A DNA stretch of 64,000 bases from a virus. Taxonomy: Duplodnaviria > Caudoviricetes. Below are positions 54,701-63,969 of the stretch, piece by piece. Numbering within the stretch: the stretch's first letter is position 1; each line of letters starts with the position of its first letter. The DNA is taken from the IMG/VR virus record IMGVR_UViG_3300034407_003088, positions 15,131 to 79,130 of that record. The stretch is one strand, 5' to 3'. The position numbers and the translations under genes are program-made. A model generated the notes under the pieces. That model was not told the DNA's origin, made no database searches, and worked only from the letters and a program-made list of their open reading frames with translations.

Positions 54701-56957
54701 CTAATTTTCTTTCAATATCTTTATTAAGTTGGTTGTCACTTCCTAATAATGTGTTATGTGTTTCAAATCTTGTTGACCTAAAATTAATTGGATTATCAAC
54801 TGAATTTAAATTAGGTAATTGTAAAAATAAACCATCTGGTTCTTCATCTATAAATGGTATTAATCTAACCACCTCAACATGAGATGGTAATCTTTTTTCT
54901 ACAAAATATACTTTGTCTAATTCTTCTTTGTCACCTGCCAATGGTAGTTTTAATTTAAATACTCTTTTTGAATCTTGAGTTTCAAAGAAGTTTTTATTTT
55001 CATTTGTGATTAAATAATAATCATCATCACAAACCATATAGGTTTTAAATCTTTCTATATTATTTTTCTCATATAAAACATTCCATCCATACCAATCAGT
55101 ATCTCTACCACTTGGGCCATCATGACCAACATTATCTGCAGCATCTTGATATGATATACTTACTCTTACTTTATTATAATCAAGAACCTCTGTAATTGTT
55201 GCAACATAATCAAAGTGAAATGTTTCATTTTCAAATCTTTCAACCCAACTTTCAACAACACGAGTTTCGTACTCTATTGTTACTTCGTCTTCAGGTGAAA
55301 TAGGTAATGGTGTTTGTCTAATGAATTCTTCTAATGCAGGTAACTCTGCATGTAATACCACCTCTTCTTTAATGTCTGGTACAATAACTTCGTTTTGATA
55401 TATGTTGTTATTGTTTGCACCATATAAACCCCATCCATCTCCACCATCTATTAATCCACCTTGTGGTAAACCATTACCTGGTGTTAATGGGTCTGTACCT
55501 TCTTCACCTAAATCTGCATTACCTGTTACATCAAAATCAATGTATGCAGGTCTGGCAGAACCTTGTCTACTTGCACGATATGGGTCAACATAACCACTTG
55601 CTGCTCTTTGTTCTGCAAGTTGTTGTGCTCTTTTTGACTGACCCATTCTAAATCTATTTCTGTCTTCAAGAAATCTTTCTTGCCAATGTTTAGTCTCAGT
55701 AGTCTTCCATTTACCAAGAGTCGCTGCAACTATATTGTTTGCAAAAATTGTGTGGTCTTTATCTAATACTAAGTTCCACACTTTAAAAGGTGGTTTCTGA
55801 TAATATACTTTACCAATCTCTCTTGACATGAACCAACCATCTTTTGTTCTGATAGGATGGTGGTCGGTAACGATAAGGTTTTTATATTTAACCATCAAGT
55901 CACCAAAACCTCTTTCACTCTTTATGACTTTCTTAACTCTTGCAACACCTTTATCTGTTCTGACTTTCATACCAATCTTCATCATCTTGATTGGAACTTG
56001 TCTACCACTACTTAATGTTACTTTTGTATTAGGATGAAAACAAACTCCATCGTAATCAAACATACCACCATAATCCTCATCTTCTTCATCAGGTAGGTCT
56101 GGTGGTGGTGGGTCTGGTTCAGGTTCAGGTGGTAACTCTTCATAAGGTGGTGGAGGTGGAGGCGGGTCTGGAATACTATCATCTAAACTATGAGTAATCT
56201 CAACAGGAACCTCTATCGTTTCTACCACACTTTCAAGATATTGTCTTGTTATTGTTTTTTCAAATATTCTTGGTAATCTAATTTCACCACCAACCATATT
56301 TTGTGTAAACCCTCTATCATTATCTTGTAGGTTTGCAACTAATATTCCTGGTTCATTTTCATCAAACTTAATAGAACCATTTGCTCCACTACCTGCAGTA
56401 AGAAATGGTTGAAACTTTACAATAGAATTCATCTCTCTAAAGTTTTTATGATATGTTTGGTTTTTAAAATCTTGTGTTTTAACTACGATTTCTGTTCTAT
56501 CACCACTAATCTTATCAAGTGAATATTTTAAATCTCGTATAAATAATTCTTTTGGTGGATTATCTGCAAGTGATTGAGCAGATGCATTTGGTGGTGGGGC
56601 AGTATAATATCTTGTTTCACCATTTACATTTTTTGTGACAACTTTACCTGCATATAATTCACCATCACCATTTACCATTACTAAATGGTCTCTACCTGCT
56701 AACTTTCTTAGAAATCTATATTGTACAATATATTCACCATCCGATAATCCATTATCTCTTAGATGTTGACCAACATTTAAATCTAAAAACCCTTCAGTAT
56801 TTACATCAGGATTAAACTTATCTGTGAGCACAAGTTCATCATTTTGGAAAACTTCTAAAACTATATAGTCTTTACTATCTCTTCCAAAACTACTATATAC
56901 CCTTTCAGGTTTATAATATTGTTCTCTCTCTTGATTATTAAATCCGTATTCTGCCAT
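51795..56957 (-). CDS. Large baseplate wedge-like protein (gp7/P2 I-like segment, LamG) with internal Vint-type Hint domain
   Basis: IWKRLLNNIP..IKSKGS..C..GIL..YG wedge motif; LamG-like WSVML...LMEYRLW; CFHPNTKV...VTDHHPI...VWNLVL...IVAATLG. Confidence 0.75.
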   Translation of the reverse strand: MAEYGFNNQEREQYYKPERVYSSFGRDSKDYIVLEVFQNDELVLTDKFNPDVNTEGFLDLNVGQHLRDNGLSDGEYIVQYRFLRKLAGRDHLVMVNGDGELYAGKVVTKNVNGETRYYTAPPPNASAQSLADNPPKELFIRDLKYSLDKISGDRTEIVVKTQDFKNQTYHKNFREMNSIVKFQPFLTAGSGANGSIKFDENEPGILVANLQDNDRGFTQNMVGGEIRLPRIFEKTITRQYLESVVETIEVPVEITHSLDDSIPDPPPPPPPYEELPPEPEPDPPPPDLPDEEDEDYGGMFDYDGVCFHPNTKVTLSSGRQVPIKMMKIGMKVRTDKGVARVKKVIKSERGFGDLMVKYKNLIVTDHHPIRTKDGWFMSREIGKVYYQKPPFKVWNLVLDKDHTIFANNIVAATLGKWKTTETKHWQERFLEDRNRFRMGQSKRAQQLAEQRAASGYVDPYRASRQGSARPAYIDFDVTGNADLGEEGTDPLTPGNGLPQGGLIDGGDGWGLYGANNNNIYQNEVIVPDIKEEVVLHAELPALEEFIRQTPLPISPEDEVTIEYETRVVESWVERFENETFHFDYVATITEVLDYNKVRVSISYQDAADNVGHDGPSGRDTDWYGWNVLYEKNNIERFKTYMVCDDDYYLITNENKNFFETQDSKRVFKLKLPLAGDKEELDKVYFVEKRLPSHVEVVRLIPFIDEEPDGLFLQLPNLNSVDNPINFRSTRFETHNTLLGSDNQLNKDIERKLVSGSLLDVQVNTEFNRTSVDLNLESDDIGFGNFIHYSSAERRLRNFKKKIEYIETYSETSSSLVSLTGSLSDIQSNEDKRARVINSFDPFEHYMYFESSSYVSSSAGQYHENSWPKQNSSKPYVLYHSSGSEVSNWFDNMILSASTYDSTNNDRLGNNLPMHVKDDTMNNTFIEFMDMTGQQFDEIWTYTKHFTDVNNLSPNVSEGISKDIASEFAKSLGLELTNGNDLLILPEYLEGKNPDGSTKYETPQEEVTEEIWKRLLNNIPFFIKSKGSVRCLKGILNCYGIPSSILRVREYGGPDNQERVSYEVKRKFTYALDFHSSQYVKSLWTTDLNSQYPQALELRFRTPNSVGSSGSMVIAQKENDWAIHLKDNGTTDDYGYLKFSVSASTGVYGITSSLLPFYNDEMWSVMLTRVSASGAQMTDDLITRNVKYELTTKQYDSTREKIKFQTSSSLTTGIGHASSSAINAAFTGSVGSKFVYLGGQNTNFGSRYSGSLMEYRLWSEPLSQSVFDNHVRAPRAYNGNSYSSSYHDLLVRYPLDNNVNLSSTSFVSSVSNRQNYFVTSQMDTTGSVNGFTSNTFRSLVDKEQLKVPNIGPTRRNATKVRVEDSTIIGNLSPDERKEKSSQDFAPIDSEKVGIYFSPVDVVNEDILYSIADFNFDDYIGDPRDQYKLNYRGLKRLQTEYFQKYSSPNNFFDYLRILTFYDPSVFTQLKNWVPARSKATTGVLIEPNILERSKQVIGDRPEFDNRYFENANEFEDGVPVTRFISGSKDDAYFDIGGEQKYYESGLNAVYHDNSGSLGGLGEPTLVKLGVIDAKTPHSYNYATASVTFGGEGITFGEVLQPVITGSRLAEHNQEKVFFYSSSLSASRGLHYSSSFVPSEHQSVYYDTRLFRSFIGGSVTRDDGQTSHPTSSKSPFIGSVSLGSGQLTVSSNTFDGGEPVETTTTTPTQLITKEPGDSKLKVN

Positions 56958-56965
56958 TACTTACC

Positions 56966-57478
56966 TTATTCTAAAACTATGTTATCTTTTAATGGAATTC
57001 TTGGTTGATAACCTGATGGTGCTTCAGGAGTACCAAAGGTATCATCTCTACCACCTATTGGTTCTTCATCAGGTTCTGGTAAATTAATTGGTGGATTAAA
57101 CGATACTTCAGGTCTTGGTTGTTTTTTCTTTCCATCTGTAGATGAATAAAAATTATTAAAATTATCAATGATAAATTCAGAAAATTCTCTTTCTTTATCT
57201 ATTTCTGGTAACATATCATCATTAAAATATTGTTGTTGATTGATAACACGAACATTTTGATAAACTTGTTCAACTGCATTACCAAGATTGTCTGGGTCTT
57301 CATAAGATAATATTATACCATTACCATCTCTTAATGGATTTGTTGCATCCCAAGACCCACTTATTTTCATAAGTTCTCTATTGGTTTGTATTTCACGATT
57401 TAAGGCTATTCGTTCCTCATTAATAATTCTATCGTATAATTCGGAATTTAATACTGCCTCATCTTTTGTATATGGCAT
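56966..57478 (-). CDS. Hypothetical structural-cluster protein
   Basis: ORF within the baseplate operon. Confidence 0.55.
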   Translation of the reverse strand: MPYTKDEAVLNSELYDRIINEERIALNREIQTNRELMKISGSWDATNPLRDGNGIILSYEDPDNLGNAVEQVYQNVRVINQQQYFNDDMLPEIDKEREFSEFIIDNFNNFYSSTDGKKKQPRPEVSFNPPINLPEPDEEPIGGRDDTFGTPEAPSGYQPRIPLKDNIVLE

Positions 57479-57480
57479 TG

Positions 57481-58656
57481 TTATCTCTCAATGTTTCTTA
57501 CAACCTTAAATGACCATGCTGGGTCACTATAGTAATTTATCAATTCATCTGTGGTTCCACTACCACTAACTACTTTAAGATGTATGTCATAATGTCTTTC
57601 TGATTGGAAACTATCCATTCTTAAATTAAAGTAATTACCAGTACCATCACAACTAACAATTGAACCTGTACCAAATGGTACTATTGTTTCTTCAGTTACA
57701 GAATCTTTAATTGAATAGAAAGTTGAACCACTTGGTAATGTTCGTACGGTAAGACCTTCAGGTGTTGTACCAAACACTCTATCATTGTATCTTGGTCTAC
57801 CAACTAATCTAAATCTTGATATTGATTTTTCTAAATATTCCTCTCGTATACCTTTAAAATAAATTACGGTATCGTCTAATGCACTACCTGTAAGTTGTGC
57901 TAAACTTCCTGTTGTCCACTTTGAATCATCCCAAACAACTTCTAATGATGGTGGATAAATTGTATGTGTTTCTCTTGAAAAGAATTGTAGTGTACCAAGT
58001 CGTGAAGTTCCACCTTCATCTGAGGTAGTATCACCACTATATGAATAAGTTGTTCCATATGAACCTGTAGATTCTCTCTTAATTATAAATCCATTATTTG
58101 GATAAATAGAACTTGAAAAAATATGATTTCTAACCAAATCAGTTACATCAAATCTAACATCTCGTTTATCATAAGTTAAACCAAAAGACCCACTTATGTT
58201 ATATTGTGAATAAGAATCTTGTGAACCACTAAACCAAGAACCACCATCTGTCAAGAGTGAACCTGTCACCCATGGTAATTTTTGGTCTTGGTCTCTGTAT
58301 TGATATGATGCACCATTTGTAGTTATAGGACTATCAAACTTTTTACCAGTTCCTGATTTCCAACTTCCACTAACCATATAGATAACAAGGTTTTGTTCTG
58401 CCTCTATATCTTTTGAACCTGCATCATATAAATTTAAATAAAATTTTGCATCTGTAGGTATCTTACCATCTTGAATTGACTTAGATACATACGAGTAGTC
58501 TGCACTTAATAATATACGAGATACATTTATTGTACTACCATCTGAACTTACTTCTTTTACAACTTCTAATATTTCATCATGACCAGCATTTAACGATGAT
58601 GTTGTACCACCTGAATAAATTGTTGTGTCTCTGTTTATGTATTCAAAATAATGCAT
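57481..58656 (-). CDS. DNRLRE-like beta-sandwich structural protein
   Basis: FDVTDLV, NNGFIIK, FFSRET...PPSLEVVW pattern. Confidence 0.5.
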   Translation of the reverse strand: MHYFEYINRDTTIYSGGTTSSLNAGHDEILEVVKEVSSDGSTINVSRILLSADYSYVSKSIQDGKIPTDAKFYLNLYDAGSKDIEAEQNLVIYMVSGSWKSGTGKKFDSPITTNGASYQYRDQDQKLPWVTGSLLTDGGSWFSGSQDSYSQYNISGSFGLTYDKRDVRFDVTDLVRNHIFSSSIYPNNGFIIKRESTGSYGTTYSYSGDTTSDEGGTSRLGTLQFFSRETHTIYPPSLEVVWDDSKWTTGSLAQLTGSALDDTVIYFKGIREEYLEKSISRFRLVGRPRYNDRVFGTTPEGLTVRTLPSGSTFYSIKDSVTEETIVPFGTGSIVSCDGTGNYFNLRMDSFQSERHYDIHLKVVSGSGTTDELINYYSDPAWSFKVVRNIER

Positions 58657-60629
58657 TAAAAGTCTCCTACTACTCTACCCTCAATATCTGTATTGGGTAG
58701 TTTGACCTCAAAACAACTTGGGTCTAATGATGGATAAAGAACACCATCTCGTAGTGCAGATTGTATATCGTATATGTTTCCACTATATCCTTCTGCAACT
58801 ACATGTTTGTTTTCAATTACAATTATATCTTTATTTGGATTATTGTCTTCAGGTGGAACTAAACTTGCCACACCTTCTACCAATGAAATCTGATATGCAA
58901 TATCACTCAAGACAATCGGTTGACCTATTTGCCATTTTTGTATATCAAAGTATTCTTTAACTTTTTGGATTGCCTTAAATAATACATCATTTTTGTTATA
59001 ATTTCTTTTTGTAATAATACTAAATTTTACACCAATGTTTATAATATATGCATTTTTAATATTGATTGCATCTGTTACCATTCTGTATTGTGAAAGGTAA
59101 GTTCTTAAATTTTCTTTTACTGCTCTATTAATTGGTGTTAGTTTTCTATCTACATCATATCCAAGAACATACATGTTTAGTGCCAATGGATTATCTGCAG
59201 TACTTACATTTTCATTTTCTACAACTTTACCTGTTACACTATCTACATATGTTTCTGTTTTCTTTTCTAATTGTTCATCTTGAACTACAAATGCCTTTGC
59301 AATATTACCATACTTCTGTGGTAATGAATAAACACGAGTAATGTAATCTTTTTGTGTTACTGCACGACCTTGAGCATTATGGTTAGCTGCCGCATTGAGA
59401 CGAATTTGTTGTAATGATTCTTCACCACTACCACCACTTGCAGGATTTGGATTAGTAAACGATAAACTCTGTTCTGACTCTCCTACTTTCGTACTATCAA
59501 GTCCTTCTGAATTTATAGTAAATACTACATCATTTTGATTTTGTATTGTATTTGACCTTACATTATGTTCAACTGCTCCACCATAATTATAAGTTACGGT
59601 AAGTGTTGTATTACTTGGTGCCAAACCAAATGTCTTTGTTTTTAAAAAGTTACTTGGGTCAAATGTAGCATCTATTTTAGATACACCAGTTGCCAAAGAT
59701 GAACCTACATTATCTGGATTTGGAATTATTTCCTCGTCAGGATTATCACTAACACCTGAACCAAATAGTATTTCTGTTTTTAAATCTTCACCTCTAACAT
59801 GTGTTGCAAATCTTCTTGATGTTTTAATAAGTTTTAACAAATACGGTGTATCATTGAAGAATTGTGCAAGTGCTGGGTCATTGTCTGTATTATTTTCTTC
59901 ATCTTCAAATACGGTGTCTTGTGCTAAGAAAGGAACATGATACCATTTGTTACCATTACTATCTGTTACAGAAATAACCTCAGTAACATTAGGTTCTGAT
60001 AAAACTATCTTATCAAACTTAACAGCGTTTGAAAATGTAAATGTTTCTGATTTTCTTGTTCCACTTTTTGAACCTATAGTTTTTGTTAATTTAAATTTTT
60101 CTGGTATAGTACCTGATGATGGTTGAACTATTTCAACTTTCATTGGGTCTAACGAACTTGATACTTTAAAATTAACTGAATCTTGTAAAGTAAATGTAGT
60201 ACCATTGTTTGAACTTAAGATAGCATTCTCAGTTATTATACCTGCGTATTTTAAATCAGGTGCATAACTATCACCATTTGTTCTAGCCGGTACGGTTTGT
60301 GATACTTCTATTTTTGCACTTGCAGGTGAAGAAGTTTTAGGTGTATATCCCATTGATTGTGCAATCTCATAAATATTTTTTTTCTCTTCTGCCTGTAATA
60401 TTAATGTTTCCCTAAACTGATTATCTATATAAAAGTTAAGTACATCACCAACATATGCTGCCATCTCAATAAACATCATACCAGGGTCTGCCTCATTAAA
60501 ATCATTATATGTGTTTGGAAAATATGATTTTGCAAACTCTATGATATTTTGTCTAATGGAAGAAAAGTCTCTACCGAGATAATTTACTTCTTTTGAAATT
60601 GTTTTTTTATTTGTCCCATAGTCTGGCAT
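58656..60629 (-). CDS. Baseplate wedge subunit (T4 gp6/baseplate J-like)
   Basis: YLGRDFSSIRQ, FIEMAAYVGDVLNFY, GGSGEES..QIR, RAVTQKDY. Confidence 0.9.
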   Translation of the reverse strand: MPDYGTNKKTISKEVNYLGRDFSSIRQNIIEFAKSYFPNTYNDFNEADPGMMFIEMAAYVGDVLNFYIDNQFRETLILQAEEKKNIYEIAQSMGYTPKTSSPASAKIEVSQTVPARTNGDSYAPDLKYAGIITENAILSSNNGTTFTLQDSVNFKVSSSLDPMKVEIVQPSSGTIPEKFKLTKTIGSKSGTRKSETFTFSNAVKFDKIVLSEPNVTEVISVTDSNGNKWYHVPFLAQDTVFEDEENNTDNDPALAQFFNDTPYLLKLIKTSRRFATHVRGEDLKTEILFGSGVSDNPDEEIIPNPDNVGSSLATGVSKIDATFDPSNFLKTKTFGLAPSNTTLTVTYNYGGAVEHNVRSNTIQNQNDVVFTINSEGLDSTKVGESEQSLSFTNPNPASGGSGEESLQQIRLNAAANHNAQGRAVTQKDYITRVYSLPQKYGNIAKAFVVQDEQLEKKTETYVDSVTGKVVENENVSTADNPLALNMYVLGYDVDRKLTPINRAVKENLRTYLSQYRMVTDAINIKNAYIINIGVKFSIITKRNYNKNDVLFKAIQKVKEYFDIQKWQIGQPIVLSDIAYQISLVEGVASLVPPEDNNPNKDIIVIENKHVVAEGYSGNIYDIQSALRDGVLYPSLDPSCFEVKLPNTDIEGRVVGDF

Positions 60630-60630
60630 T

Positions 60631-61086
60631 TTAACTTCCCTTATTTATCGGTGCTTCTTGTGTAAACTCTTCCGATGCAAACTGACCAAAATTAAATGTA
60701 ATGGTCTGTAAAGATTCTTTATCAGTTTGTATTGTATATTCTAATTGAACCAATACAGCATTTTGATTTCTTTCGTCACTCCTAACGATTATTTCATTAA
60801 CAATAACATATGGTAACCATCTTTCTATTGCATCAGTAATTGCAACTTCAATCCTATCTTCTAAGTCTGGAGTATATTGTTCAAAAATTAATCTTGTTAA
60901 ATCACTACCAAACTCTGGTTGAAATACTCGTTCACCTTTTGTGGTTAATAATAAGTTTCTAAGATTTGATTTAGTTTGTTGTAAAAGAGTTTTACTTTGT
61001 TCAAAAGTAGAGAACGCAGTTAAGTCTAATGGAAATGTTAAACCTACAAACTTATCAGGATTTTTATCTGTTTCTCTTACACTCAT
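60631..61086 (-). CDS. Baseplate wedge subunit gp25/GPW-like
   Basis: NLRNLLLTTKGERVFQPEFGSDL...AIERWLPYV. Confidence 0.92.
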   Translation of the reverse strand: MSVRETDKNPDKFVGLTFPLDLTAFSTFEQSKTLLQQTKSNLRNLLLTTKGERVFQPEFGSDLTRLIFEQYTPDLEDRIEVAITDAIERWLPYVIVNEIIVRSDERNQNAVLVQLEYTIQTDKESLQTITFNFGQFASEEFTQEAPINKGS

Positions 61087-61089
61087 TTA

Positions 61090-61569
61090 TTATTTTTTCC
61101 CTTTGAACTTATCGTGTTTCATCAAATCACTATAGTCACGAGTTAATGCATTTACTAATGATTCAGGTACTTGTTCAGAATTAACTCCTGCTTCTTTCAT
61201 AGTCATTGCAGCATTTATATTTCTTTGAGCTTCTTTATCACCACCTGCCATCATAGAATCACCATAACCTAATAACTCTGAAGCTCTACTTGAATCAAAT
61301 ACACCACCACCTAATGTTGGATACTCTTCGGTATCACCTTTGGATAGACCTACCGTTTCATTTAAAATTTCATTCAATGAATCATTTGATGTGTAGGTAA
61401 CCTTTTCATGTTTCTTAACAACAGGTTTTGGTTTTTGTTGTATTGTTTCTTGTGCGAGAGACTTAAGAGATTTTTGTCTGTTCTCCTTAATAAATATCTC
61501 GTTAACTTGTTTTTTTACTTCTTTACGAACTATTAATTCTATTACTTTTATTAGTTCTCGTTTTTTCAT
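61090..61569 (-). CDS. Conserved hypothetical protein
   Basis: ORF with AGGAG SD correctly spaced for ATG 61569. Confidence 0.6.
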   Translation of the reverse strand: MKKRELIKVIELIVRKEVKKQVNEIFIKENRQKSLKSLAQETIQQKPKPVVKKHEKVTYTSNDSLNEILNETVGLSKGDTEEYPTLGGGVFDSSRASELLGYGDSMMAGGDKEAQRNINAAMTMKEAGVNSEQVPESLVNALTRDYSDLMKHDKFKGKK

Positions 61570-61581
61570 TTTCATACTCCT

Positions 61582-62016
61582 TTATGTAACCGTATAGACA
61601 CCACTAAATGTGGCACCACTCGCTGTATTAGTAAATATCACCGAGTCTAAATGTTCTTTAAAATAATCTCCAATATTTGATAAAAATCCATCCAATGTAT
61701 CATCTTCCCATGTTGATGTTGGTGGTACTCCACCTGCAGTCACAAATGTACCATTAGTCAATGCTGTCCAATATAAAACTAATCCTGCACCAACACCACT
61801 AAGTAATACTGATGTAGATTGTGATAATAGTCCTGCCTTCATTGGTGTTAATATTAAATCTTTTTGACCAAGAGTCATATTGTATGCACCACCACCTGCT
61901 GTTATAGCAGTATGATATTCATCTACAATAAACTCTGCACATTCATCAGTAGTGTTGAAGAACTGACCATTGTTCATTCTATTTCTATAATTATTTTGTA
62001 ATGTATCAAACGCCAT
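61582..62016 (-). CDS. Hypothetical baseplate-cluster protein
   Basis: ORF coupled to the gp5-like gene. Confidence 0.5.
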   Translation of the reverse strand: MAFDTLQNNYRNRMNNGQFFNTTDECAEFIVDEYHTAITAGGGAYNMTLGQKDLILTPMKAGLLSQSTSVLLSGVGAGLVLYWTALTNGTFVTAGGVPPTSTWEDDTLDGFLSNIGDYFKEHLDSVIFTNTASGATFSGVYTVT

Positions 62017-63197
62017 TATTTATCAATTCTATGTTTCTCACTTAATGCATCTTTGACTGCACTTAATGCAGATGTTACAGCTGGCCAACTTGGTGCTGCA
62101 CTTACAGGTCCTGGTGTTGGGCCTGTTGGTGTTGGTATACCAGTAACATTACCAATTGCAGTTACTAATGCATCTAATTTATCATATAGTGTTTGACCTA
62201 ATACTTGTGGTTCTTCTGCAGTCTCACTACCAATTTTTACTTCTGTTGATTGTATAACAACAAGTGGTGATTCAACATAAACATCGTTGACCGAACCTAT
62301 TGATATTTTATCACCTGAAAATATTCCAATTGAATTTCCTTCAGATTTTTTTGTAGTAAAAATTAATCTATCACTACGAATTTGAACTTGTGCCTTATCA
62401 TAATCTTTTACATCTTGTATTCTTATAGATTCAATTGGTAAATCAAAATTTTGTTTTTCGTTATAAGTTAAGTGAATTGAATTTAAATCACTTTTAATAT
62501 TTTCTAATGTTAAATTATTATTATTAGTGTATCCTGTTAATCCACTTGTAATTTTTATGTTAGTTGAACCTATTTGTTCATCATGTTGATTACTTCCCAA
62601 ACGAATAGAGTTTCCAAATCTTCCTTGTATTATTGTATCACCTTCAAAGAGTTTCAAAGGTCGTACTGGACTAAGTGCTTCGTAATAATATCCTGGTTTA
62701 TACTTACCTACATTTGGTGAATTAGTATATTTTTTATCGTCATTTGAAATGTTTGTACCAATTTTATCTAAGGTTGAAATATTTGGTTGTGCATTATTAG
62801 TTACAGAAAAATTATTAAAAATATTACCAAAATAAAATCTATCACCTTCATCCTCAAACCCAAAAAATATTTCACCTATTATTGGTACTCGTGTCATATT
62901 ATTGTTTAATGGTCTGAAAAATTTACATTTATCTATTTCAAGATTTTGTTCAGAATAAACATATCTACCTAAAATAGAACCATAGTAAGAATAATCAGGA
63001 TTTCCTTTAGTATCTGGTGGTAAATCTTTTTCGGTCAAACAAACATTAAGAACTTCTACTGGTTCTAATTCATTAAATCTATTTCTATCTGCCATTAATT
63101 TCATAGCAGTTTGTAATGAATCTACATTAATAATTCCTTTTTTATTAGAAGATAAACCTACTGGTTGTGATGTGACATTTTTTTTAGTATAACCCAT
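62016..63197 (-). CDS. Baseplate hub/central spike (gp5/gpV-like)
   Basis: PIIGE OB-fold motif; EGDTIIQGRFGNSIRLGS; IRSDRLIF; beta-helix then VLGQTL..PTPTGP tip. Confidence 0.7.
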   Translation of the reverse strand: MGYTKKNVTSQPVGLSSNKKGIINVDSLQTAMKLMADRNRFNELEPVEVLNVCLTEKDLPPDTKGNPDYSYYGSILGRYVYSEQNLEIDKCKFFRPLNNNMTRVPIIGEIFFGFEDEGDRFYFGNIFNNFSVTNNAQPNISTLDKIGTNISNDDKKYTNSPNVGKYKPGYYYEALSPVRPLKLFEGDTIIQGRFGNSIRLGSNQHDEQIGSTNIKITSGLTGYTNNNNLTLENIKSDLNSIHLTYNEKQNFDLPIESIRIQDVKDYDKAQVQIRSDRLIFTTKKSEGNSIGIFSGDKISIGSVNDVYVESPLVVIQSTEVKIGSETAEEPQVLGQTLYDKLDALVTAIGNVTGIPTPTGPTPGPVSAAPSWPAVTSALSAVKDALSEKHRIDK

Positions 63198-63586
63198 TAA
63201 TCACCTTTGATTGAAGATATAATTTTATCTTGATGGTCTTGTAAATCGTGAACATCTCCTTCTATGGCATCCATTAATTGTTTCTTTTCTGCATCGGTTA
63301 GTCCAAATTCACTACCACTATCATCACTTATTCTACCCTCGGCAGCCATGATTCTTTGTACAACCGTAGCAAGTTTAACTAATTGTTCATCATTTTTTAC
63401 ATTGATTTCTAAATATTCTTTTAACATAGGAATGATTTGCACAGCCGTGTCACCATCCTTAATAAACCCAACTACTTCTTTCATAAGTACTTCTAATTGT
63501 TGTTTATTAGTTTTGGAATTGTCATAGATGTCTTTGAACACATCGGATAAGGTTTTACCTTCAAATATTTCGTAATCGTTTGCCAT
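63197..63586 (-). CDS. Conserved helical hypothetical protein
   Basis: ORF first in the operon, downstream of a TATTTAT motif. Confidence 0.6.
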   Translation of the reverse strand: MANDYEIFEGKTLSDVFKDIYDNSKTNKQQLEVLMKEVVGFIKDGDTAVQIIPMLKEYLEINVKNDEQLVKLATVVQRIMAAEGRISDDSGSEFGLTDAEKKQLMDAIEGDVHDLQDHQDKIISSIKGD

Positions 63587-63685
63587 AATTTTGCCTGTTC
63601 GTTATCATTAATAAATATTAAAACTTCAAAAAATAGTTGTATATAAATATATATTAGACCATAAAAGTCCAATATATATAATAGT

Positions 63686-63709
63686 TATTTATGTCGGTGA
63701 AAATCCGAC
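63686..63709 (+). promoter_or_regulatory. TATTTAT motif plus GTCGG/CCGAC leader hairpin
   Basis: Motif at 63686-63692 directly followed by a 5-bp stem (63693-63709) and then the GGAG SD. Confidence 0.5.
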
Positions 63710-63727
63710 TATAACGGAGAAACATAA

Positions 63728-63949
63728 ATGAAGGAAATCATAACAATAGTTAAGGGATATATCAATGACCTAGCGGATTTGATGTTATCTTTGGTAGCCA
63801 TAGGTGCGATTTCTGAAGTAATATTTGGAAGTGGTATCTTCGGTGTAAATGTTATCGGTAACCTAACATCAATCATAAACACATTCGGCGAATCCGGTTT
63901 CGCTGGGTTAGTCGCGTTGTTGGTGTTGGTGGGTTTATTCCGTAAATAG
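63728..63949 (+). CDS. Small two-TM membrane protein
   Basis: Two hydrophobic segments; GGAG SD; own terminator. Confidence 0.75.
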   Translation: MKEIITIVKGYINDLADLMLSLVAIGAISEVIFGSGIFGVNVIGNLTSIINTFGESGFAGLVALLVLVGLFRK

Positions 63950-63969
63950 TACTAATTCGGATAGAAATG

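Noticed and set aside
760-63527. Numerous plus-strand ORFs in the track (e.g. 23398-23802 and 23881-24273, Pro-rich)
   Set aside because: Antisense shadows of minus-strand genes; poly-Pro mirrors poly-Gly codons; no SD or recognisable domains.
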